Positions 18,214-26,677 of a stretch of 51,361 nt of DNA are shown in pieces. Both the position numbers and the translations under genes were made by a program. Under the pieces are notes generated by a model, which ran no database searches, had not been told where the DNA came from, and saw only the letters and a program-made list of their open reading frames with translations. Origin of the DNA: Verrucomicrobiota bacterium. Its GTDB lineage: Bacteria > Verrucomicrobiota > Verrucomicrobiia > Limisphaerales > Palsa-1400. The number at the start of each line of letters is the position of its first letter. Position 1 is the stretch's first letter. The DNA lies in NCBI GenBank assembly GCA_050011995.1, contig JBEKIA010000001.1, forward strand, positions 1 to 51,361. The letters are read 5' to 3'.

Positions 18214-19414
18214 CCTGTTGCAGCCGCCGCATAATTTCCAGGCAGGCGCGCGAACCGTGGTAAGGGCCTTTCCATTCGCTGACCTTGGGCGCCGTCGGAT
18301 CCACCCGCCCGTCGGGGCCAATGCGCCAGAACCATTCGCCGTGGACCCGGTCCACCAGGTGCTCCTCGATGTAATCCCAGGCGCGGCGGGCCGCGCTGTA
18401 ATACCGGGCGTCCCTGGAAATTTGCCAGGCGTTGAGGAAGCCCACCGCCGCCTCGGCCTGGGGCCACCATTCCCGGCCTGCGTCAATCACTTTGCCTGAT
18501 TTGCCCTCGTAAAACAGCCCGCCGCCGGGGCCAACGCCCTCCCGCAGGGCCGTCTCCGCCAGGCGCAGGGCCGCGGACTCGATGCGGCGCAGCAGCGGCG
18601 GATCCGCCAGGGCTTCCGCCGCTTCGCAAAGCAGCCAGCTTCCTTCGATGTCGTGGCCGAAGGTGCAGGTGTCCGAGCGCACATTCCAGTGCTCGTCAAA
18701 GAAGTGGTGGAAGTGGCCGGCGCGAACATCCACAATGCGCTCTTCAAAGAGGGAGATCAGTTCCCGCAACCGCTGGAAAACGCGCGGGTCATCCCACACC
18801 CGGCTCAGGCTGGTGAAGGCTTCCAGAACGTGCAGGTGGTTGTTCATGGACTTCTTTTCGCTCATGTCCTTGTCGCTGAGCCGCGCCTCGGGGCCGGCCT
18901 CGGACCAATCGCGCCGGCGGACTTCCCAGTAACCGCCGCCGCGGGCGTCGCGGGCGTGCCGCTCCAATAAGTCAAATATATTTTTCGCCCGGTCCAGGGC
19001 CTCCGCCTCCCCGAAGGCCCGGTAATGCTCCGCCAGCGCGTATATGCAAAAGGCCTGGCCGTAGGTCTTCTTCGAGTCGTCCAGCACACGGCCGCCGCCG
19101 TCCAGGCGCCAGAACGCCCCGCCGTGTTGCGGGTCCCAGAACCCGTGGAGCAGCCCGTCCAGCGCGCGGCCGGCCATTTGGCGGAAAAGCGGTTGCGGAT
19201 GGGCGCGGTGGACGGCGGAAAAGGTCCAGAGAATGCGGCTGTTGAGGATCAGGCCCTTGGGCTGGGCGCGGTCCGGTTTCAGGTCGTTGGAGAGCCAGGC
19301 CATCCAGCCGCCCTGATCGGGGTCCAGCGCCGGGCCGCACCAGAACGGGAGAATGTGCCCGTAGAGCTGGGCGGCGGCCTTGCGCGAAAACTCCTTCAAC
19401 TCGGTCAGATCCAT
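18170..19414 (-). CDS. AGE-family (N-acylglucosamine / cellobiose 2-epimerase-like) isomerase
   Basis: ILPFW, KGLILNSRILWTFS, KKTYGQAFCIYALAE, NNHLHVLEAF, GHDIEGSWLL and GEWFW... are present. I chose the start at MDLTELK, 24 nt after the symporter stop. Confidence 0.8.
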   Translation of the reverse strand: MDLTELKEFSRKAAAQLYGHILPFWCGPALDPDQGGWMAWLSNDLKPDRAQPKGLILNSRILWTFSAVHRAHPQPLFRQMAGRALDGLLHGFWDPQHGGAFWRLDGGGRVLDDSKKTYGQAFCIYALAEHYRAFGEAEALDRAKNIFDLLERHARDARGGGYWEVRRRDWSEAGPEARLSDKDMSEKKSMNNHLHVLEAFTSLSRVWDDPRVFQRLRELISLFEERIVDVRAGHFHHFFDEHWNVRSDTCTFGHDIEGSWLLCEAAEALADPPLLRRIESAALRLAETALREGVGPGGGLFYEGKSGKVIDAGREWWPQAEAAVGFLNAWQISRDARYYSAARRAWDYIEEHLVDRVHGEWFWRIGPDGRVDPTAPKVSEWKGPYHGSRACLEIMRRLQQVMEEAPAEPPAPLV

Positions 19415-19437
19415 GTTGGGGGCGGCTGGCCGGCCCG

Positions 19438-21309
19438 TCAGGCCTTTTCCAATTTGTCGTACCAATTAAACTTGAGAAAGATCGAAGTGACGATCACCGA
19501 CCCGAGCATCGCGCCGACCAGTGTCCAATTGCGGAGGACGGTGTAAATCGCCAGCGCGGTCAGGGAGACCTGCCAGACGATGCCGACGGCGACGTTGAGG
19601 AGGTCGCGGCCCATGTTGAAATTGGGCTTGAAGGCGGGGTCCTCCTTCATCACTTTTTCGCGGATCGGTCCCCACGCGCCCCAGGGGTTGACGGTCTTGT
19701 AGAATTTCTTGAGGATTTCGTCGTCCTCCGCCTTGGTCAACAGCGTGCCCAACAGGCTGCCGACGACCGACGCCGCGAAGATGGCGGGGAAAAGATAGAG
19801 ATCGTTGCTGACCGGGTGGCCGAGGATCAATTTGGCGGCGCCGGGGGCAACCATTGCGCTGACGATGCCGCTGATCAATCCCCAGAAATATCCGTAGCCG
19901 TTAAAGCGCCACCAATACCACTTGAGCACGTTGGCCATGACGAAGCCGCCGTAAAGCGCCCCCACCAGCCACATCATCACTTCGGTGATATTTTTGGTCA
20001 TCAATCCGAAGGCAATGCCGATGACCAGAAACACCAGGGAAACTATCCGGCTCATGCGCACTTCGGCCTTGCCGCCCGAGTTGGGATTGATGAACCGCTT
20101 GTAAACATCGTTGACCAAATACGCGGGGGCGACGTTGAGGGTGGCGGCAAAGTTGGACATGAACGCGGCCATGAGTCCCGCCAGGAGGAAACCGACCACG
20201 CCCGCCGGCAGGTATTGGCCGAAAAGAACCTTGGGCATGATCTGTTCAAAATTGAAGGTGCTCATCCCGCGCAAGTCCGGCATGCAAAAGGCCAGGGCCA
20301 GGACGGTGATGCCGGCAATCATCAGGTAGCGCGGGAAGTAAAGCACCACGTTGACGAACCCGTTCATCATGCAGGCCTCGCGCGGGTTGCGCGTGGCCAG
20401 GATGCGCTGCATGTCGTAAGTCGGCGCCGGGCCGGCCAGGCTGGCCAGCACCCCCTTGAAAAACATCATCCCGAAGATCAGCCCGAACAATTCATTGCCG
20501 TCGTCGTGAATCGCGTTGTTCACCTTGTCCAGGATGCCCGTCCAATCCAGATTCAGCTTCCAGCCAAAAAACGGGTTCATCCAGCCGGCCGGAATGGCGT
20601 GGCTGATCATGTCCGGAGACACTTTGTAAATGGCGATGCAGCCGATGGCCAGCGCCGAGAGCGTGAGGATGGTAAACTGCATCACCTCCGTGATGACCAC
20701 GCTGATCATTCCCCCTTTGATGACGTAAAGCGACGTCACCCCCATAATAAGTATCGCGTAGATATTCTCATCGGTAAACAGCCCCGCCACCGACGCCGGC
20801 AGGAACAGTCCCACAAAATGGCGCGCGCCCTCAAAACGCCACGGCAGGAGCAGGACGATGAATTCCCCGATCCCCTTGAAGGCGTAAGCCAGCAGGCCGA
20901 TGGTGTTGACCAGCGCGAAAAAGACCACGCTCAAATGCGCCAGATTCGCCCCGGTGTCGCGCCCGAAGCGGGTTTGAATCCACTCCGCGCCGGTCAGCAC
21001 ATTGGAGCGGCGCACCCAGCCGCTCAGGAACATCATCAGGAAAATCTGGTTGAACGTCGGCCACAACCACGGCAGCCAGAGGCTTTTCAGCCCATAGACA
21101 AACAAAATATACACCAGCCACATCGTCCCGCTGATGTCGAACATGCCCGAGGCGTCGGAAATCCCCAGCAGGTACCACGGCAGCGATTTGCTGCCCAGAA
21201 AGTAGGAATCCATGTCCTTGGTCCCGCGCCGAGAGACCCAGAGGCCGACCAGGACGACCGTCAGGAAATACCCGACGATGATGACAATATCCAGACTATG
21301 AAGGTTCAT
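19438..21309 (-). CDS. Sodium:solute symporter family transporter
   Basis: About 13-14 hydrophobic segments. The N-terminus MNLHSLDIVIIVGYFLTVVLVGLWVSRRGTKDMDSYFLG is typical of SSF. GGAGGA lies upstream of ATG 21309. Confidence 0.85.
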   Translation of the reverse strand: MNLHSLDIVIIVGYFLTVVLVGLWVSRRGTKDMDSYFLGSKSLPWYLLGISDASGMFDISGTMWLVYILFVYGLKSLWLPWLWPTFNQIFLMMFLSGWVRRSNVLTGAEWIQTRFGRDTGANLAHLSVVFFALVNTIGLLAYAFKGIGEFIVLLLPWRFEGARHFVGLFLPASVAGLFTDENIYAILIMGVTSLYVIKGGMISVVITEVMQFTILTLSALAIGCIAIYKVSPDMISHAIPAGWMNPFFGWKLNLDWTGILDKVNNAIHDDGNELFGLIFGMMFFKGVLASLAGPAPTYDMQRILATRNPREACMMNGFVNVVLYFPRYLMIAGITVLALAFCMPDLRGMSTFNFEQIMPKVLFGQYLPAGVVGFLLAGLMAAFMSNFAATLNVAPAYLVNDVYKRFINPNSGGKAEVRMSRIVSLVFLVIGIAFGLMTKNITEVMMWLVGALYGGFVMANVLKWYWWRFNGYGYFWGLISGIVSAMVAPGAAKLILGHPVSNDLYLFPAIFAASVVGSLLGTLLTKAEDDEILKKFYKTVNPWGAWGPIREKVMKEDPAFKPNFNMGRDLLNVAVGIVWQVSLTALAIYTVLRNWTLVGAMLGSVIVTSIFLKFNWYDKLEKA

Positions 21310-21487
21310 ATTCCTCCTGGTTTTTTGTTTGCATCCGGCGAAACTACACACCCCCGCCGCCGCTTGCCAGAAAAAAAAGACCGCGTTTTATGCCCCGGCA
21401 GGCTCGCTTCATGAAGCCAAGTGGCAGAGCCGTCCCGGCTCTGTCAAAAAAGAAGCCCGGATGGGGATGGCTGTTCCTGGTCATGGC

Positions 21488-21745
21488 GAAATAATAACTT
21501 GATTAGCCTTGATTAGGCTTGATCGGGAAAACTCAATGCCGCGTGGAAATGGTTCATGGACAGTCACTTCGATTGATTTTCAGCGAAAAGGCTCAAAAGG
21601 CTCAAAAAAGAAGCTTTTTCACCGCGAAATACGCGAAATACGCGAACAATCGGGAATCCTTTTTCGCGTATTTCGCGGTGATCCGCTCCGGATTGTTGCG
21701 ACTTCCTATCCCGAGAGCTTCCGGGGTTGACAGCCTCTTGGCGGC
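21488..21745. repeat. About 260-bp structured dispersed repeat, copy B; inverted relative to copy A at 6049-6330
   Basis: See copy A. It contains the caccgcgaaatacgcgaaatacgcgaa ... ttcgcgtatttcgcggtg hairpin. Confidence 0.8.
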
Positions 21746-22308
21746 TCAAGTTCATGGCCGATTGCCTGCGGTTTCTTTCATGGTTTTTGCACCCATCTTT
21801 TTGGTTTGATTTGCTTGAATCCACTTGAATCTGCTCGAATTCGGTCGGATGGGGGGGGTGGCGGCTTTAACGTTAAATCCGCAAAATTTGTAGATATACG
21901 CCGGAAAACCGGACCTCCGGAAGAGTCCCGGCAGGCCGGGATCTTCGTCCCGCCTCCGCCCGGCCCTATATGCCGTGTTGTCACGCGCAAAAGATTAGCA
22001 TATAAGCTCTAATCGTCAAGGGAAAAACGCCGATTCTTGCGGATTTTTGCAAAGCTCTCATCGTTAGCCACTTGCGCAGATTGCCAACCTCTTAGCAAGC
22101 AGGAAAACGCCCGGAGCGGCCCGCCGCAGCCAAATTCGGAACTGCCCGCGGATCCCGCGGATGCGCGCGGATACAGAAAAAAGGCCTTCATCCGCGTAAT
22201 TCTGCCTGATCTGCGGGCGCACGCCTTCCGCCCGTTCGACGCCGAGAAAGGCCGGGGCGCCGCGCTCGGGGAATAACCGCCAGGATGGTGAACCAGCGGA
22301 TGCGCTTG

Positions 22309-22336
22309 CCTGTAGCGGCGGTCTGTGACCGCCGCT
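22309..22336. repeat. REP-like hairpin (agcggcggtc-tgt-gaccgccgct); inverted copy of 5819-5845
   Basis: Direct comparison of the two sequences. Confidence 0.6.
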
Positions 22337-22491
22337 GGGCGCCGCCACCGCCGCCTCCCCCGGCCACCGCGTCGGAGGACCCGCGACTGGCCCCCGCCGT
22401 GCTTTTAACTGCCTGCTGGGAATGCAGTCTTGCCGGATTACCTCCCCTTCCGCGTTCAGAAAAAGTGTCACGCCCTGCCGTGCCGCCGGCC

Positions 22492-22606
22492 AATAACCAG
22501 GCCGAACGAAGTTTGCGGCCGGTTGTCATCATGCGCAAGGTGATCCAAGCCGCTCGCCCGGAGAACGGGTTGGAGAATCACAGCGTCCTGCCGGCATGCC
22601 AGCTAA
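22492..22606 (+). pseudogene. IS66-like transposase C-terminal fragment
   Basis: PANNQAERSLRPVVIMRKV...G.......L.ACQLN resembles the NNxAERxLRP..(I/V).RK ... TC.L motif block of IS66-type transposases. No catalytic region or start codon is present. Confidence 0.3.
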
Positions 22607-22629
22607 ACTGTTACGAGAGTGTTTGGAGC

Positions 22630-22830
22630 CTACGGCACCGAGATGATACTTTTCAAGTCGGGGGCGAATACTTGAAAGTGCCGGACGTTCATGGTGAGAA
22701 TGCGTTTCGCGGCGCCCCGGCGCGCAGCCTGCAAATGCAACAGGTCAAAGATCGCGCCGCCGCGGGCCCCAACCGTTTGGCTGTTCCGCATCGCCTGCTG
22801 ATAGTCACTCAGCTCAAGATCAACGACTTG
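22630..22830 (-). pseudogene. PIN-domain (VapC-like) toxin C-terminal fragment without a start codon
   Basis: The minus-strand frame reads QVVDLELSDYQQAMRNSQTVGARGGAIFDLLHLQAARRGAAKRILTMNVRHFQVFAPDLKSIISVP*. GGAI.D.LH...A ... ILT.N.R.F is the C-terminal half of PIN toxins. An in-frame TGA lies immediately upstream. Confidence 0.45.
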
Positions 22831-22843
22831 TCAAAATAAGTGT

Positions 22844-22930
22844 TCAGAATCGCTCCTGGCGCATGGCCTCCACCTCGACAGGGAAGGCTTCAATACCATT
22901 GAGCGCAGCCGACAAAACACGGGCCAGCAT
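22844..22930 (-). pseudogene. 28-codon remnant of a YifB/ComM Mg-chelatase-like gene (N-terminus only)
   Basis: MLARVLSAALNGIEAFPVEVEA matches the conserved N-terminus of ComM/YifB proteins, then stops after 28 codons. Confidence 0.45.
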
Positions 22931-23066
22931 GGCCGGATGTTGGGCCAAAGCCGCCGCAAGGGCAATGCGGTTTTTTTCGCAAGGCGTCAGTGAACGCGGG
23001 TGAGGCAGGGCGAGACTCTGTCGAACCGTGACTTCTTCCGAGGAAATCGAGCGTCTTTTTTCGCAA

Positions 23067-23145
23067 TGCGTCGGTGAAGGAGGGGAAAAAGGTAGGGCGG
23101 GCAGTCCTCTGCCCGCCGCGGCGCGCACGGAGTGCGCGCCCTACC
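23067..23145. repeat. Nested-hairpin REP element (core ggtagggcgggcagtcctctgcccgccgcggcgcgcacggagtgcgcgccctacc); second copy at 41385-41465
   Basis: The same sequence, apart from a 2-bp indel plus the leader tgcgtc.gtga.g..gggaaaa, occurs at 41385-41465. Three nested or adjacent palindromes are visible: ggtagggcg/cgccctacc, gggcag/ctgccc and gcgcgcac/gtgcgcgc. Confidence 0.85.
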
Positions 23146-23535
23146 ACCCAAGACCGAGAAGCTGTGAAAAAATTGAAAATCGTCAGAAATCGCTTGCGCA
23201 AGTCGTTGATTATCAATGGGCACATTTTGTGTTTTAAGCCTTTTGCCAATTTTTTCACAGCTCCTGACGCATTCCCAATCCAGTCCTTGGGGCGTCGCGG
23301 ATGTTGCTCTTTTGGGGCGGGGGGACGGCGCCATCAGCGATGGGCAATTGATTCTATTGATGCTGCGCCATGTTTTTTCAATTAACACCCTGAAGACGCC
23401 GGGCCTTACCCTGCCAGAAGATGAGTTCGGTCCAACTGCAACTCGAATGCGCGGCGCTCTTGCGGCTTGTCTCCAAGCCGGCACTGGAGGCAGACTGCGC
23501 GCCATCAAGCCGCAGAGGCCGTTGAAAGGCAATTT

Positions 23536-26500
23536 ATGGAATTTATACCCGTAGTTGTGCTGGCGGTTCTGGCAATTCCAATCGCTTTGGCCATCTGGCT
23601 CATTGCCAGGGCCATTCAAGCCAAACAGCGCGCCGAGGAACTTTCCTGCCGCCTCAGCACGGTTGAATTGGAGATTCTCCGGCTGAAACAGGACCGGGAA
23701 TCAGCGCGCGCGGATCAGCCGGCGCCCGCGCCGCAAACCACCATGGCCGCGCCTCTGCTCGCGCCGCGGGAACCAGTCGCCGCTCCGCCACCGGCCATTC
23801 CGGCGCCAGTTCAGCCTGCGGTTGCGAGGGTGGTTTCGGTCCCGGCGGCCCCGCCGACTCCGCCAAAGCTGCCGCCCGCCCCCGCGCCGCCTTCGCTGCC
23901 AAAGCGGGAGCAAGCTCCCGCACTCCAAACGACGCCAATGCCGCCGCCCGCGCCGCCACGGCCCGCCGCGCCGGCTTTCGATTGGGAACAGTTTATGGGC
24001 GTCAAAGGGTTTGCGTGGATTGGCGGATTCACTCTTTTTCTCGGCATCGCTTTCGCCATTCAATATGCCTACGCCCGCCATCTCATCCCGCGCGAAGTGC
24101 AGGCGGGGTTCGGTTTCCTCATTGGTCTTGGCGTGCTGGCCGGCGGCGTGGTCATGTCGCGCAAAAATCTGTCGGCGCTTTCGCAAACTTTGTGCGCGAC
24201 CGGCGTGGTGATTCTTTACACGGTGACGTTCGCCTGCCGCTCGATTTATCAATTTGAATTCTTCGGGCCGATTCCGACGTTTCTGCTGATGGCGCTCATC
24301 ACGGCCACGGCCTTCCTGCTGGCGGTCCGGCTCGAGGCCCTGGTCGTGGCCATCCTCGGGATGCTCGGCGGTTTTCTCACGCCCGTTCTGGTTTCCACGG
24401 GCCAGGACAACCCGCTCGGCCTGTTCGGCTACATTGCCATTCTTGACACAGGGCTGATCCTGGTGGCGCTGCGCCGCCGCTGGTTTTTTCTCGCCGCGCT
24501 TGCCGCGCCGGGCACGGCAATCCTGCAAATCCTCTGGGCGGGCGCATTTTTTGTTGACAAAAGGTATTTTGAAGGAAACAAAATCCTGGTCGCGCTGGCC
24601 GTGCTGCTGGGCTTCATCGCGCTTTATCTTGCGGCAACCTGGCGGGCGAAAAATTGGAAGTCCGCGGACGGCGAAAAAGCGGCGGGCGGTTCTTTGGCTG
24701 GAATTCCCGCGAAAACGTGGCTCTCCGGCTCCACGCTCGGCCTGGCGGCTGTGGCGCTGGCGTTCAGCGCGTGGTTCTTAAGTTTCGAGCCGCTGGCACA
24801 GCGTCCGGCGCTGATGTTTGGCTTCGTCTTTCTTGTGGATCTCGCCGTGGTGGCGCTGGCGCTGGCCGATGGGACCATCGCCCCCGCCCAATCCATCGCG
24901 GGATTCGCCATTTTCGGATTGCTGGCCTATTGGACGCAAAAATGGCTGAACAATGCGAACAATGAATTGCTCCATGCCGCGCTGGCATTTTATTTTGTCT
25001 TCGCGGTGATGCACTCGGCCCTGCCGGCGCTCCTCCAGCGGCGGCGCGGGGAAAAGGCGCGGGGCTGGGCGGGCCAAGTTTTTCCGGTCCTGGCGCTGCT
25101 GCTGGTCCTGGCGCCGATTTTCAACCTGCCGGAAGTTTCGTTCCTCGTCTGGCCGTTTATTTTGCTGGTGGATTTGCTGGCCATCGCGCTGGCCGTGCTC
25201 ACGGCCGCCTTGTGGCCGGTTCTGGCGGTGCTGTTGCTGACGCTGGCCGCCACCGGCGCGCTCCTCTTTAAAATCCCGTCCGACCTGACGGGGCTGCCGG
25301 CTTCTTTTTTCCTGCTCGGCGCGTTCGCAGTGTTCTTCGTCGCCGCGAGCATCTGGCTGGTGCGCAAATTCAAGCCCGGCGCTTTCCAAACCGGGATCCA
25401 GTTCGATGACAACCCGGCCACACCGGAAGAGATGGCCGCGATCCTGCCCGCCTGCTCGGTGGCGCTGCCGTTCCTGCTGCTCATCATGGCCACGCTGCGG
25501 CTGCAGTTGGCCAACCCCGCGCCGGTCTTCGGCTTGGCCCTGTTGCTGGCAGTTTTGCTGCTGGGTGTGACAAGACTATTTTTGATGGACTGGATGCCGG
25601 CCGTCGGCCTGGCGTGCGTGACCGCGCTGGAATGCGCCTGGCAATTCAACGATTTCCATCCCGGCAACCCAAATCAGCCGCCGACTTTCGCCCCGGGGTG
25701 GTATCTGGTCTTCTTCGCCGTGTTCGCGCTGTTTCCGTTTTTGTTCCTGCGGAAGTTCGAGAACAAAGCCGCTCCGTGGGCCGCCGCGGCGATGGCCGGG
25801 CCGCTGCAGTTTTTTCTCATCCACCGCTTCATCAAAGCCGTTTATCCGAACGATTTCATGGGCCTGCTGCCGGCCGCGTTCGCGGTTCCCGGATTGTTGA
25901 GCCTGGCCGTCGTCCTGAAGAAAATTCCCGCCCAAAATAAATCCCGCCTGGCGCAACTTGCCTGGTTCGGCGGGGTGGCGCTGTTTTTCATTACGCTGAT
26001 TTTTCCGGTTCAATTTAAGCAACAATGGATCACCATCGGCTGGGCGCTGGAAGGGGCGGCGTTGCTCTGGCTGTTTCATCGCGTGCCGCACCCGGGCTTG
26101 CGGCTCGCGGGCCTGGGCCTCCTGGCCGTCGCGTTTGCGCGGCTGGCCCTGAATCCCGCCGTGCTCGGATATTATCCGCGCGCCGCGGCGATCTTCAACT
26201 GGTATCTCTACGCCTACGGCATCGTGACCGTTTGCCTGTTCGCCGGGGCAAAACTGCTTGCGCCGCCGCGCAACGCCGTCTTGAACTCCAATGCGCCGCC
26301 CATTCTTTGCGGGCTGGGGACCGTGCTGGCGTTTCTTTTGTTGAACATCGAAATCGCCGATTATTTCAGCGCCGCCGGCTCGGCGCTGACGTTTCAATTC
26401 GGCGACAAATTTGGGCGCGACATGACCTATTCCATCGCCTGGGGGTTGTTCGCGCTCGCGCTGCTGGCCGCCGGCATTGTCAAGAGAATTCGCGCCGCCC

Positions 26501-26673
26501 GCTACGCCGCCATCGGTTTGCTGTGCGTGACGCTGCTCAAGCTCTTCTTCTACGATCTGGCGCAACTGCCCCAGCTTTACCGCATCGGCGCGTTTCTCGG
26601 CGTGGCGGTCATCGCCATGATCGCCTCCTTCGCCTACCACAAATTCTTCTTCGCCGCCAAAAAGAAGGGATAG
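23536..26673 (+). CDS. DUF2339-type polytopic membrane protein: N-terminal TM, coiled coil, Pro-rich linker, and more than 20 TM segments
   Basis: MEFIPVVVLAVLAIPIALAIWLI, then QAKQRAEELSCRLSTVELEILRLKQ, then a PAPxPP-rich stretch, then repeated hydrophobic helices to the C-terminus. I recognise this architecture as DUF2339. Confidence 0.7.
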   Translation: MEFIPVVVLAVLAIPIALAIWLIARAIQAKQRAEELSCRLSTVELEILRLKQDRESARADQPAPAPQTTMAAPLLAPREPVAAPPPAIPAPVQPAVARVVSVPAAPPTPPKLPPAPAPPSLPKREQAPALQTTPMPPPAPPRPAAPAFDWEQFMGVKGFAWIGGFTLFLGIAFAIQYAYARHLIPREVQAGFGFLIGLGVLAGGVVMSRKNLSALSQTLCATGVVILYTVTFACRSIYQFEFFGPIPTFLLMALITATAFLLAVRLEALVVAILGMLGGFLTPVLVSTGQDNPLGLFGYIAILDTGLILVALRRRWFFLAALAAPGTAILQILWAGAFFVDKRYFEGNKILVALAVLLGFIALYLAATWRAKNWKSADGEKAAGGSLAGIPAKTWLSGSTLGLAAVALAFSAWFLSFEPLAQRPALMFGFVFLVDLAVVALALADGTIAPAQSIAGFAIFGLLAYWTQKWLNNANNELLHAALAFYFVFAVMHSALPALLQRRRGEKARGWAGQVFPVLALLLVLAPIFNLPEVSFLVWPFILLVDLLAIALAVLTAALWPVLAVLLLTLAATGALLFKIPSDLTGLPASFFLLGAFAVFFVAASIWLVRKFKPGAFQTGIQFDDNPATPEEMAAILPACSVALPFLLLIMATLRLQLANPAPVFGLALLLAVLLLGVTRLFLMDWMPAVGLACVTALECAWQFNDFHPGNPNQPPTFAPGWYLVFFAVFALFPFLFLRKFENKAAPWAAAAMAGPLQFFLIHRFIKAVYPNDFMGLLPAAFAVPGLLSLAVVLKKIPAQNKSRLAQLAWFGGVALFFITLIFPVQFKQQWITIGWALEGAALLWLFHRVPHPGLRLAGLGLLAVAFARLALNPAVLGYYPRAAAIFNWYLYAYGIVTVCLFAGAKLLAPPRNAVLNSNAPPILCGLGTVLAFLLLNIEIADYFSAAGSALTFQFGDKFGRDMTYSIAWGLFALALLAAGIVKRIRAARYAAIGLLCVTLLKLFFYDLAQLPQLYRIGAFLGVAVIAMIASFAYHKFFFAAKKKG

Positions 26674-26677
26674 AAAA

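Noticed and set aside
19816-21414. 532-aa plus-strand ORF
   Set aside because: It is antisense to the sodium:solute symporter. The product is highly charged, His/Arg/Asp-rich, and non-membrane.
6049-21745. Composite transposon carrying the 15-kb block
   Set aside because: The cargo includes the housekeeping genes ctpA and tsaD. No transposase is associated, no target-site duplication is evident, and the repeats look like members of a dispersed family. Kept only as an inversion or REP hypothesis in the findings.
22285-22839. 184-aa plus-strand ORF as an intact gene
   Set aside because: It is a chimera of a short transposase-like motif block and the antisense of a PIN fragment, with a Pro-rich nonsense N-terminus.
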